A stretch of 64,000 nt of DNA from Escherichia coli (GTDB taxonomy: Bacteria > Pseudomonadota > Gammaproteobacteria > Enterobacterales > Enterobacteriaceae): NCBI RefSeq assembly GCF_048403405.1, contig NZ_CP183131.1. The stretch is one strand, 5' to 3'. The notes under the pieces were generated by a model. It worked only from the letters and a program-made list of their open reading frames with translations, made no database searches and was not told the DNA's origin. This document shows, piece by piece, positions 29,670-38,996 of this stretch (its first letter is position 1; every line of letters starts with the position of its first letter). The position numbers and the translations under genes were made by a program.

Positions 29670-30457
29670 TACGGCTTCCAGGAGTAGTAAAAGTAGTTAT
29701 CGCAATAGCTGAACGGGTTATCTTCATGCATGGCGCAGTGGGCAAGGAACACGCGCCCCAGCCCGTTGGTTTCGAGCCGATCGCCGTAGAAGAAAAGAAA
29801 ACGTTCACCGGGTTTACAGGCAATATTCAGCCGCTGGCGTACCTCATCGAAGTTTTTGCCGTAGGACTCTTCACTGACCGAACGTCGCATTTCATCGCTG
29901 GCCAGCAGTTCGCACTGGCTATGGCTGAGGCGGGTCAGCGCGATAGGCTGGGATTCACTGATGCCGACCAGACTGAAGGCAACCAGAAGCAGGGCAATGG
30001 TGAGCAAGCAGGCTCCGGCCATGTACCAGCACATCCCGCGAGCATGTGCGGAGCGCGGTGCGTCTGGCGTTGTCGTAACGGGCGGCGGTTCGGCAGGCGT
30101 CTGTTGTGGTGAAACCGGCGGCGCGTCGTCCAGCGCTTCGATAATGACCTCGGGATTAAGCTGCAAATAGCCGCGCGAGACGGTGACGATGATGTTATCG
30201 ACGCCGTAATGGCGAAAGGTCTTCCGCAGCATGCTGAGATACTGATTCAGATTGCTGTTGGATGAGGTTAATCCATTGTCATCCCAGACTTTTTTCAGAA
30301 CATCTTCCCGGCTGACAATCTCGGTATGGCGCAGAAAATAGTTAAACAGGGCGCTGGCGGTGAGGGATAGCTGGCTGTCCGGTTCATCGCTTTGCGGCAG
30401 CGTCAGGGTTCCGTCGGTGGCGTCGTAGATAAAACGGGCATTGATGTTGTAGCGCAT
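29669..30457 (-). CDS. CadC/ToxR-like membrane-bound winged-helix regulator (fosA3-module orf2)
   Basis: 262 aa. N-terminal OmpR/PhoB-type winged helix (LTASALFNYFLRHTEIVSREDVLKKVWDD...VSRGYLQL), a central TM helix, and a periplasmic C-terminus. Confidence 0.65.
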   Translation of the reverse strand: MRYNINARFIYDATDGTLTLPQSDEPDSQLSLTASALFNYFLRHTEIVSREDVLKKVWDDNGLTSSNSNLNQYLSMLRKTFRHYGVDNIIVTVSRGYLQLNPEVIIEALDDAPPVSPQQTPAEPPPVTTTPDAPRSAHARGMCWYMAGACLLTIALLLVAFSLVGISESQPIALTRLSHSQCELLASDEMRRSVSEESYGKNFDEVRQRLNIACKPGERFLFFYGDRLETNGLGRVFLAHCAMHEDNPFSYCDNYFYYSWKP

Positions 30458-30476
30458 CGCGGCCTCAGTCTGTGCT

Positions 30477-30904
30477 TCACGCGGGAAGCGTCATTTTATT
30501 CAGGGAGTCAACCAGCGCGCGACGGTGGTCGGCGCTCATGGTGATCCCTTCCGTCAACTCCGAAAGCCAGATGCCGTCAGCGGCGTAGCGCACCAGCGTG
30601 CCGGTTGGGCTGTTATCCAGCTCATCGCCCTGCGCCAGTTTCTCCAGCATCCAGTCGCGCCAGCATTTGCGCAGCACCGGTTCATCGGGCATTGCCAGCG
30701 ACAAAACCATAAGCTGGCGGCTTTCATGGGTGTCCGTGAGATCCGCCAGATAGTTCAGATAGGCGCGGGTAAACCGGCCATAGCTCACGCCATCCTGTTG
30801 CATCAGCGCGGTAATCGCTTCTTCCATGATTGCCAGCAGACGCGCGAACAGGGCGAATATTAGCGCCTGCTTGTTCGGGAAATGGTGGATAAGGCCGCCT
30901 TTAC
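30477..30904 (-). pseudogene. TetR-family regulator, 5'-truncated by IS26 (fosA3-module orf3 remnant)
   Basis: Only the C-terminal ligand-binding part plus the tail of the HTH (HHFPNKQALIFALF) remains. The apparent N-terminus of the track ORF is IS26 IR sequence. Confidence 0.7.
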
Positions 30905-31724
30905 GGCACTGTTGCAAAGTTAGCGATGAGGCAGCCTTTTGTCTTATTCAAAGGCCTTACATTTCAAAAACTCTGCTTACCAGGCGCATTTCGCCCAGGG
31001 GATCACCATAATAAAATGCTGAGGCCTGGCCTTTGCGTAGTGCACGCATCACCTCAATACCTTTGATGGTGGCGTAAGCCGTCTTCATGGATTTAAATCC
31101 CAGCGTGGCGCCGATTATCCGTTTCAGTTTGCCATGATCGCATTCAATCACGTTGTTCCGGTACTTAATCTGTCGGTGTTCAACGTCAGACGGGCACCGG
31201 CCTTCGCGTTTGAGCAGAGCAAGCGCGCGACCATAGGCGGGCGCTTTATCCGTGTTGATGAATCGCGGGATCTGCCACTTCTTCACGTTGTTGAGGATTT
31301 TACCCAGAAACCGGTATGCAGCTTTGCTGTTACGACGGGAGGAGAGATAAAAATCGACAGTGCGGCCCCGGCTGTCGACGGCCCGGTACAGATACGCCCA
31401 GCGGCCATTGACCTTCACGTAGGTTTCATCCATGTGCCACGGGCAAAGATCGGAAGGGTTACGCCAGTACCAGCGCAGCCGTTTTTCCATTTCAGGCGCA
31501 TAACGCTGAACCCAGCGGTAAATCGTGGAGTGATCGACATTCACTCCGCGTTCAGCCAGCATCTCCTGCAGCTCACGGTAACTGATGCCGTATTTGCAGT
31601 ACCAGCGTACGGCCCACAGAATGATGTCACGCTGAAAATGCCGGCCTTTGAATGGGTTCATGTGCAGCTCCATCAGCAAAAGGGGATGATAAGTTTATCA
31701 CCACCGACTATTTGCAACAGTGCC
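30905..31724 (-). mobile_element. IS26 (copy 3)
   Basis: 820 bp, perfect IRs. tnp26 at 30957..31661. Flanks (GCCTTTAC / AAATGCTC) are not a target duplication. Confidence 0.95.
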
Positions 31725-32005
31725 AAATGCTCCTTAAGGAACTCGATGCGTACGCCGCGCTGGGTGAGGCCCTGCACCAGGCGGCGCAGGTCGTCGAGGT
31801 TGCGCGCCAGACGATCCATGCTGTGCACCACGACCGTGTCGCCTTCGCGCACGAAGGCGAGCAGCCGTTCCAGTTCGGGCCGCCGTGTGTCCTTGCCCGA
31901 CGCCTTGTCGGTGAACACTTTATCCACCTGGATCTGTTCGAGCTGCCGTTCTGGGTTCTGGTCGAAGCTGCTGACGCGGACGTAACCGATGCGCTGACCG
32001 TGCAA
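31725..32005 (-). pseudogene. tnpR: serine resolvase tnpR, 3'-truncated by IS26
   Basis: TTG start after AGGAGG. About 93 N-terminal codons with the catalytic GYVRVSSFDQ motif, cut by IS26. Confidence 0.8.
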
Positions 32006-32269
32006 GGTATCCTCCTGAGGGAAATGTGTCAGGAAGAAATCTATGACCCTTGACGGCGTATGTCAATCAATTCGGAAGGCAACTCTATTCTGACGATTTA
32101 GCGCCGGATGGTCTGACGCCAAGTTAGGGTATAGCCTAGATTGACATGCGCGATGCAACCCTTAACTTGCTTGCACCTATCGTTTCCATGCTAGCTTTAT
32201 CGTAACGCTCAAGAAATTGGGCTTAATGCCGAAAACAATAAAATAAAACAGCCAACCCTTGAGGTTCTT
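32006..32269. promoter_or_regulatory. res / divergent promoter region of the Tn1721-like element
   Basis: Intergenic region between divergent tnpR and mcp, where Tn21-subgroup res sites lie. Individual subsites were not resolved by eye. Confidence 0.5.
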
Positions 32270-32876
32270 ATGCGCCAGAATTTACCAGTGACGGGTCGAA
32301 ACTTAGAACTCCCAAAAGATGCCAATATTCTTTCGACTACCTCCCCTCAAAGCCATATCACGTACGTTAATCCTGACTTCATTAAAATCAGTGGTTTCAC
32401 TGAGGAAGAACTATTAGGCCAGCCTCACAACATCGTAAGACACCCAGATATGCCGCCTGCTGCATTTGAGCATATGTGGAGTACATTAAAATCTGGCCGC
32501 TCATGGATGGGGCTAGTAAAAAATCGCTGTAAAAATGGCGACCACTATTGGGTAAGTGCTTATGTAACGCCAATAGCTAAGAATGGTTCGATTGTTGAAT
32601 ACCAGTCTGTAAGGACCAAGCCTGAACCTGAGCAGGTTTTGGCTGCGGAAAAATTATATGCTCAATTGAGAAGCGGGAAGGCCGCGAGGCCGAAATTGGC
32701 TGCTAGCTTTTCCGTGAAAATACTCTTGCTCATATGGGGTAGTATTATATCAAGCGCAATGGCTGCCGGCATGCTTACTGATACATCAATAAGCAGCTTA
32801 TTGTTACCAGGAATCAACGCCTTTACCCGCTGCCGGAGCCTCACCTCAATAGCACTCTCCGGCAGCCGTATTGTTA
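32270..32876 (+). pseudogene. mcp: methyl-accepting chemotaxis protein (Tn1721 orfI-like), 5' part
   Basis: N-terminal PAS domain (FIKISGFTEEELLGQPHNIVRHPDMP...GDHYWVSAYVTPI) and first TM helix. Interrupted after 32876 by the ISEcp1 unit. Confidence 0.75.
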
Positions 32877-33971
32877 CAGCGAATCAAACTGATAGCTGAC
32901 CGATAGCCCAACGCCATAGTTACGGCCCGGCGCCGGTTCATAATAGCGTCCGTTGCTCTCGTTGACGATAACAGAGCCGACGTAGCGCTTATCAAACAGG
33001 TTATCAACGCGCGTATAGAGGTCGACGGTCCAGTTATCTAGCACATATTTATAGCCGGTATTCAGTGCCGTCACCGTATAGGCTGGAGCCTGCTCGCTAT
33101 TGGCATCGTTGACCTGAATATCGCTCATATAGCGGACTTCAGCGCCAGCGTACCATCCCTCTTCCGGCACCCAGCCAAAGGAGGCATAGGCGCTATTACG
33201 TGCAATCCCCGGGATCCGATTGCCGCTCTGAATAGCATCGCCGGCGTTTTCACGGTAGGTCGCATCCAGCAGCGTCCACGCCAGTTTGGCGCGCCAGGCG
33301 GGCGCAAATTGCTGATCCCATCCCAGTTCGACCCCGCGGCGGCGCGTCTTGCCCGCGTTCTGATAGGACGTACGGCCATTGTCGCTGGCGGCAACGACAA
33401 TTTCATTTTTCGTGTCCGTATTGAAGACGCTCAGGCTCGCCATCCCGGTGCCCACCTGCCATTTACTGCCTGCTTCAACGGTGGTGTTAGTGGCCGGTTG
33501 CAGAGCAAAGTTAAGCCCGGACTGACCATCGGGACGATAGGACAGCTCGTTAATGGTCGGCGTTTCAAATCCCCTCCCGGCAGAGAGGTAAACGTTCCAC
33601 TGCGGCGTCATGGCATACTTCAGCGCTGCCGCCGGAAGCCACTTGTGATAGCTCGCTTCGCCGCTATCATCACCATTTTTACCTACAACATAACGATCGT
33701 TGGAATCAAACCATACCGAGCTATAGCGCGCCCCGGCGTCCAGCCCCAGGGCTGAGGTGAGCTGCCAGTGCGTTTGAATGTAGGGATCGAGGTTCCACAT
33801 CAGGTTACGTTCGTTACGTCGCATATCACCTTTGGTGCCGAGATCGTAAACGCCGTTCTGATAAACAAAGTTCTCATAGCCTTTGCGCTGTTCGGTCATC
33901 GCCTCGTAATCAAGGCCGGTGGTGATGGCGTAAGGGATAAAACCGCTGTCATCGTGGTGTGTCCAGCGCGT
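32877..33971 (-). pseudogene. TonB-dependent outer-membrane siderophore receptor, C-terminal fragment (iroN-like)
   Basis: About 365 C-terminal codons of a beta-barrel receptor ending ...GVGLSVSYQF-DSL. The N-terminal part is removed by IS903 at 33972. Passenger DNA of the ISEcp1 unit. Confidence 0.75.
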
Positions 33972-35028
33972 GGCTTTGTTGAATAAATCAGATTTCGGGT
34001 AAGTCTCCCCCGTAGCGGGTTGTGTTTTCAGGCAATACGCACGCTTTCAGGCATACCTGCTTTCGTCATTTTGTTCAGCGCTCGTACCAGGGCCATAGCC
34101 TCCGCAACCTGACCATCGTAGTCACGCAGCGTCAGTGAACCCCCGAACAGCTGTTTTACCCGGTACATCGCCGTTTCCGCTATCGAGCGACGGTTGTAAT
34201 CTGTTGTCCATTTCCACCGCGCATTACTCCCGGTCATTCGCTGATTAGCCACTGCACGGTTACGGTCTGCATATTCACCGGGCCAGTAACCCGCACCTTT
34301 TCGGGGCGGGATAAGCGCGCTGATTTTCTTACGCCGCAGTTCATCGTGACAGAGCCGGGTATCGTAAGCTCCATCGGCGGCGGCTGACCTGATTTTCCGG
34401 TGGGTTTGCCGGATTAACCCGGGGAAGGCCTCTGAGTCCGTAACGTTGTTCAGCGACAGGTCAGCGCAGATGATTTCATGTGTTTTACTGTCAACTGCCA
34501 GATGCAGCTTACGCCATATACGACGGCGTTCCTGGCCATGCTTTTTGACTTTCCACTCGCCTTCACCGAAGACCTTCAGCCCGGTGGAATCAATTACCAG
34601 GTGTGCGATTTCACCCCGGGTGGGCGTTTTGAAACTGATATTAACCGACTTTGCCCGCCTGCTGACACAGCTGTAATCCGGGCAGCGTAGCGGAACGTTC
34701 ATCAGAGAAAAAATGGAATCAATAAAGCCCTGCGCAGCGCGCAGGGTCAGCCTGAATACGCGTTTAATGACCAGCACAGTCGTGATGGCAAGGTCAGAAT
34801 AGCGCTGAGGTCTGCCTCGTGAAGAAGGTGTTGCTGACTCATACCAGGCCTGAATAGCTTCATCATCCAGCCAGAAAGTTATGGAGCCACGGTTGATGAG
34901 GGCTTTATTGTAGGTGGGCCAGTTGGTGATTTTGAACTTTTGCTTTGCCACGGAACGGTCTGCGTTGTCGGGAAGATACGTGATCTGATCCTTCAACTCA
35001 GCAAAAGTTCGATTTATTCAACAAAACC
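33972..35028 (-). mobile_element. IS903-group element (IS5 family), 1057 bp
   Basis: Terminal IRs GGCTTTGTTGAATAAATCAG (33972-) and the reverse complement of GGTTTTGTTGAATAAATCGA (-35028). Transposase ORF 34028..34996 recognised as IS903/IS102-like. Confidence 0.9.
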
Positions 35029-36072
35029 TTTTTCTGGTTTCAGTACGCGAGATACGACAAATCTTCTGTCTTTTTCCCATTTAACTAATTTTGTATACAG
35101 TTCTGTAGTTTCTCTACCTTCTTCTCCTTTAACGAATACAATTGATGAATTCGTTGCTTGTGAGGTGAGTGTAGAATAACTTTTGGCTTTAATTAAATAT
35201 TTGCATCCAAGAGATTCTATCGTTTCGATAATTTTTTCATCAAAGTAGCCACTATCCATTCGAAATAAAATTTCTAAATCGTCTGATTTGATGTTAGCAA
35301 CAATTTCTTTGATCATTTCCGCAGCACCGTTTGCAGTGTAAGTATTGCCACTTCTTACAAATCCGGTAACATATGCTTTTAATTCGTCGCAAAATGCAAA
35401 TTGGATATTGTAGCATCGGTTTCCCAGTTTCTTAGGATTATATCCTTTTGACGCACCTTCTTGATGACCTTCTACGTTAATTACACTACTATCAATATCA
35501 ATCGTAATGGATGTCAATTTACTTTTAGTGAGCAGTTTTTTAAAGACTTTAAAATTAATGTCTCTAAACATTTGGGTTGTCTTGAAGTTGAAGTTTCCTA
35601 GAAACCGTGACACTGTTTCAGGTTCTTTTACGGAAATATCAAACTCGTTGACGAGGGGATCATTTTGAAGTAGCTTTAGACGTTCTAACTTATCAATGCC
35701 AATGAAGTGACCGCAGAGCATGGTCTTTATATGATTCATCTTGATTTTATTTGTTGAGTCATTATCAAATACGAGGTCATTTTCAATAAAATCAAAAATC
35801 CCATTGCTTTTTGCATTCTCAAGGAGCAGAAAAAGACCTGCATTTGATGTTAGATTCTTAGCTTTGAAATCAATTTTATTAATCATAATTAGAACCCCTT
35901 TTTACTACTTTTCTTACTATTATTTTACCATATATCGAGTCATAAAAGCTGATAATTTAACATATTTTTGAGCACTTTTCTTTCACCCAATGGGTGAAAG
36001 CTGAATTTCGAAGGAATGCATATTTATCAAGGCTTTGATTATGCTTTTTGAAGTACTGACGTAGAATCTAGG
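35029..36072 (-). mobile_element. ISEcp1 (IS1380 family), 3'-truncated by IS903
   Basis: IRL CCTAGATTCTACGTCAGTACTTCAAAAAGC ends at 36072. The transposase ORF (35014..35886, start at 35886) matches ISEcp1 Tnp (MINKIDFKAKNLTSNAGLFLLLENAK...) for about 286 of 420 codons, to the IS903 end at 35028/35029. Confidence 0.9.
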
Positions 36073-37118
36073 TGTTAGCCACTTTAATGTCAGGAAGCTT
36101 AAGCTCTGTTAGTGTTTTGGCTATTCTCTCTCCTCTTGGAAGACTGGTTGAAAGAGCCAGGAATATTTCCAATAACCCATTAAGTCAATCCCTCTACACT
36201 GGGCGCACCGATGAGTTTGGCCAAATAGAGTTTGCTTTACGAATGATGCAAGCTGAAACAGGCGCCATAGTAGGTCGCATAGGTGATGCATCAAATCGGC
36301 TTAGCGAACACACCCGAGGCCTACTAAAGGATATTGAGTCAAGCAATGTACTTACAGTTGAGCAGCAGGCAGAGACAGATCAAATAGCAACGGCAGTAAA
36401 CCAAATGGTGGCAAGCATTCAAGAGGTTGCGAGCAATGCACAGCATGCTGCAGATGCGGCCGGAAGAGCAGACACTGAGACGGCATCTGGCCAGCGTCTG
36501 GTAGCCCACACAAGCCAGTCAATCACTGCCCTTGAAGGTGAAATTAGGCAAGCCACTCAGGTTATTCATGAGCTTGAAGGTCAAAGTAACGAGATATCAA
36601 AAGTTCTTGACGTTATACGAGGGATCGCCGAGCAAACGAATTTGTTGGCACTCAACGCAGCAATTGAGGCCGCGCGTGCTGGTGAGCAGGGGCGTGGTTT
36701 TGCTGTTGTCGCCGATGAGGTTCGCAGTCTTGCTGCTCGCACACAGCAATCGACAACGGATATTCAAAGCATGATCAGCGCTCTACAAGAGCGAGCGCAA
36801 TCCGCTGTTACAGTCATGGAGCAAAGTAGTCGGCAAGCGCACACGAGTGTAGCTCACGCAGAGGAAGCAGCTACAGCTCTTGATGGAATTGGCCAACGCG
36901 TTAACGAAATTACCGACATGAACGCGCAAATAGCGACTGCGGTCGAGCAGCAGGGAGCAGTAAGTGAAGACATAAACCGCAGTATTATCAATATACGCGA
37001 TGCTGCTGATACCAATGTACAGACCGGGCAGAATAATTTGCAAAGTGCGAAATCTGTCGCTCAGTTAACTAGCGCTCTGAGCGAACTGGCAAAACAGTTT
37101 TGGGAAAAACGAGGATAA
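36073..37118 (+). pseudogene. mcp: methyl-accepting chemotaxis protein, 3' part
   Basis: TM2/HAMP and the highly conserved MCP signalling domain ([37 protein letters not shown]). The apparent GTG start of the track ORF is created by the ISEcp1 junction. Confidence 0.8.
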
Positions 37119-37265
37119 CGCTTTTCAGTATCTCGACAGGGATAACTTACTTTACCATCGGTTATCCCTTTTAGCCGCACAAATTTTAGCCATGGCTTTT
37201 CAGGAAGTCAGGGCTATCAGAATGGCCTTAGAAAGCCTAGTCAAAGAGCTGTCACGAGAACACCG

Positions 37266-38180
37266 TTAGCTTAGCGTACGATTTTTTCCGAATTCTGCGG
37301 TTCCCCCTCCAGGGAAGGATTCGATAGTGACTCCACCGAAGGTGCCAAGGATTTCCGATGCCGCTTTATCAGATCGAGTTTTGCGTTGTTCTGAGGCGTC
37401 AAAGTTACGAAGCAATTTGAGCTGAACATCCTTATCCTGGAGCACGATCAGGGGCATTGGCGCGGTAACGGTTTTGAGTACCCCTGCGGCCATGACGTTT
37501 GCCACCGGTTGAACCTTTACTTCCCTTCGCTCCCGGAGATAAGGCTCCGGGGTGCTGGCGATCTTCTGGATAAGCTGCTCCAGGGGAAGTTGATAGTCTG
37601 GCCCAGATCGCTCCAGCTCCTCTCTGATGCGTTGCAAAAGCTCCTCTTTTACGGGCTTCTTCAAGGAGTCCTTCCGTTGCCAGGTGAAGCGGATAGAGTC
37701 GATGTCGCCATTGGTATAGCACCGAATTTGTCTGTAAAGGTGGAGAGTCATGACACCAGGGCAGTCCGCTCGAAGTGCTTCAAACCTCTCTTGCCTGGTG
37801 GGGTACGTCGAGATAATGAACTCCTCGATACCAGCTTTGGCCGCGTTGATGCGTTCAACCGTCGCCGCAATTTCGTCAGCTACACCAATCCTGGAAGGGG
37901 AGAACCAGAGTACCCCCACGGTGCGCCTGGCAGACTTCTGCGAATAGTCTGGGTTGATGTGAAGATCTCTGTAGCTGTGCGCTGCCAGCTCAAGAGCTTC
38001 GCGCCCAGTTTGTTCAGTTACGACAATCTTGTTGACGGGCTCGTTCTCCATTCCTTTTCCGGTAGGAGGGATGGCCGCAACTTTTGCGTACCGTGGCGGT
38101 AGTCGTTTGATAAGAGAGGACAGGTTCGTTAAGTCGCGGCACATGGCCGAGAATTGTTCTGATATGAAGTTTTTAGCCAT
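37266..38180 (-). CDS. Tus-family replication terminus-binding protein, C-terminus altered by transposon insertion
   Basis: Blocks align to E. coli Tus: RRTVGVLWF vs VRLPGVLCY, CPGVMTLHLYRQ vs LPGLITLNAYRT, VKVQPVANV vs VKVQPIARV, APMPLIVL vs CPTPLIAL. The last 13 codons (GGTAEFGKNRTLS) are read from the Tn IR. Confidence 0.75.
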   Translation of the reverse strand: MAKNFISEQFSAMCRDLTNLSSLIKRLPPRYAKVAAIPPTGKGMENEPVNKIVVTEQTGREALELAAHSYRDLHINPDYSQKSARRTVGVLWFSPSRIGVADEIAATVERINAAKAGIEEFIISTYPTRQERFEALRADCPGVMTLHLYRQIRCYTNGDIDSIRFTWQRKDSLKKPVKEELLQRIREELERSGPDYQLPLEQLIQKIASTPEPYLRERREVKVQPVANVMAAGVLKTVTAPMPLIVLQDKDVQLKLLRNFDASEQRKTRSDKAASEILGTFGGVTIESFPGGGTAEFGKNRTLS

Positions 38181-38237
38181 GCTGCCGCCTATGTGTGGGT
38201 TTGTTCTAACAGTTCATTGGTTACATAGTAGACAGAT

Positions 38238-38459
38238 TTAGACCATCATGCAACGAGGGGGAGGGGCAAGAATACGCCTCCGCTTCGCGTCGGCGGGTGC
38301 CCTGTTTGACCTTCGTGTGTGAGATTAGATTGAGAAAGAGAGAGAAAGAGAGAAAAAGAGAGAAAGAAGAAAAGCGCGGGGCAAGCCAGAAATGTGGCTG
38401 AGGGGGACTGCTGGGGTGGGGCTGGCACCCTCTATACCCCACTTTGCATGATGGTCTAA
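38238..38459. repeat. 16-bp perfect inverted repeats enclosing G-rich and polypurine tracts
   Basis: TTAGACCATCATGCAA (38238-38253) and TTGCATGATGGTCTAA (38444-38459). Interior has GAGGGGGAGGGG, a polypurine run of about 55 nt (38321-38375, GAGAAAGAGAGAGAAAGAGAGAAAAAGAGAGAAAGAAGAAAAG) and GGGGTGGGGCTGG. Confidence 0.8.
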
Positions 38460-38504
38460 CTTTGTGGTTATAGGACGACTTTTAGAGTGCCTAGATTTGC
38501 TCGA

Positions 38505-38996
38505 TTAGGACAAATTTCGGTCCATCCACGCTGATTGGCGTAGCAGCGCGATGGCATCAGAAGGGGTAACTTTCCATGCGTTGGAAAGCTGGCGAACTGC
38601 GAAGACTGCGAGCTCCATTCGGTCGTCATCATTGATGAAATTCTGGAGCTGGTTTCCTCGCTCACTAAGGATGATCGCAACACCGGCCTTGCCGTTGTTG
38701 TAAACCGCAAAGCTCTTATTCTTCGCGTCGCCGTGATAGGAACCCTCAGCCTTGCTACGCAAACCAAAGAGAACGCTGCAAAACGCCGTCAGTTCGCCGC
38801 GAGTGAGCTGCACCGTGATCTTGCTTTTCCAGTCTGGGCTGGACCCCGATGCCCTGATCGGCGCAATCTCGATGCTGACCGTAGGATATTCACCTCTGGT
38901 TAGCGTGTGTTGCACATTCAGGCCGGTGCGTTTCGCGGGGTCCTTCTGCCAGTCTGAGAAAAATTTGAGACTTTCGCCGTAGGATTGTTCTGTCAT
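38505..38996 (-). CDS. hypothetical protein
   Basis: 163-aa ORF overlapping the exonuclease stop by 4 nt. No motif recognised. Confidence 0.5.
   Translation of the reverse strand: MTEQSYGESLKFFSDWQKDPAKRTGLNVQHTLTRGEYPTVSIEIAPIRASGSSPDWKSKITVQLTRGELTAFCSVLFGLRSKAEGSYHGDAKNKSFAVYNNGKAGVAIILSERGNQLQNFINDDDRMELAVFAVRQLSNAWKVTPSDAIALLRQSAWMDRNLS

Larger units (their letters stand above)
22610..37307. mobile_element. Tn1721/Tn1722-derived (Tn3-family) transposon remodelled into a multiresistance island
   Basis: 38-bp terminal IRs: GGGGAGCCCGCAGAATTCGGAAAAAATCGTACGCTAAG (22610-22647) and the reverse complement of GGGGGAACCGCAGAATTCGGAAAAAATCGTACGCTAAG (37270-37307). Flanked by the 5-bp direct repeat TCCAG (22605-22609, 37308-37312). 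Interior has tnpA, tnpR, res and mcp remnants. Confidence 0.85.

Noticed and set aside
23962-31985. 200-283-aa ORFs antisense to each IS26 transposase (MIAFNHVVPVLNLSVF...)
   Set aside because: This is the well-known antisense frame of IS26. Its ends vary only because it reads out into different flanking DNA. No function is known.
38221-38442. Two minus-strand ORFs (73 and 60 aa) in the Tus-upstream gap
   Set aside because: They translate the polypyrimidine complement of the polypurine tract (FSLFLSFSLFL...), a low-complexity artefact with no RBS.
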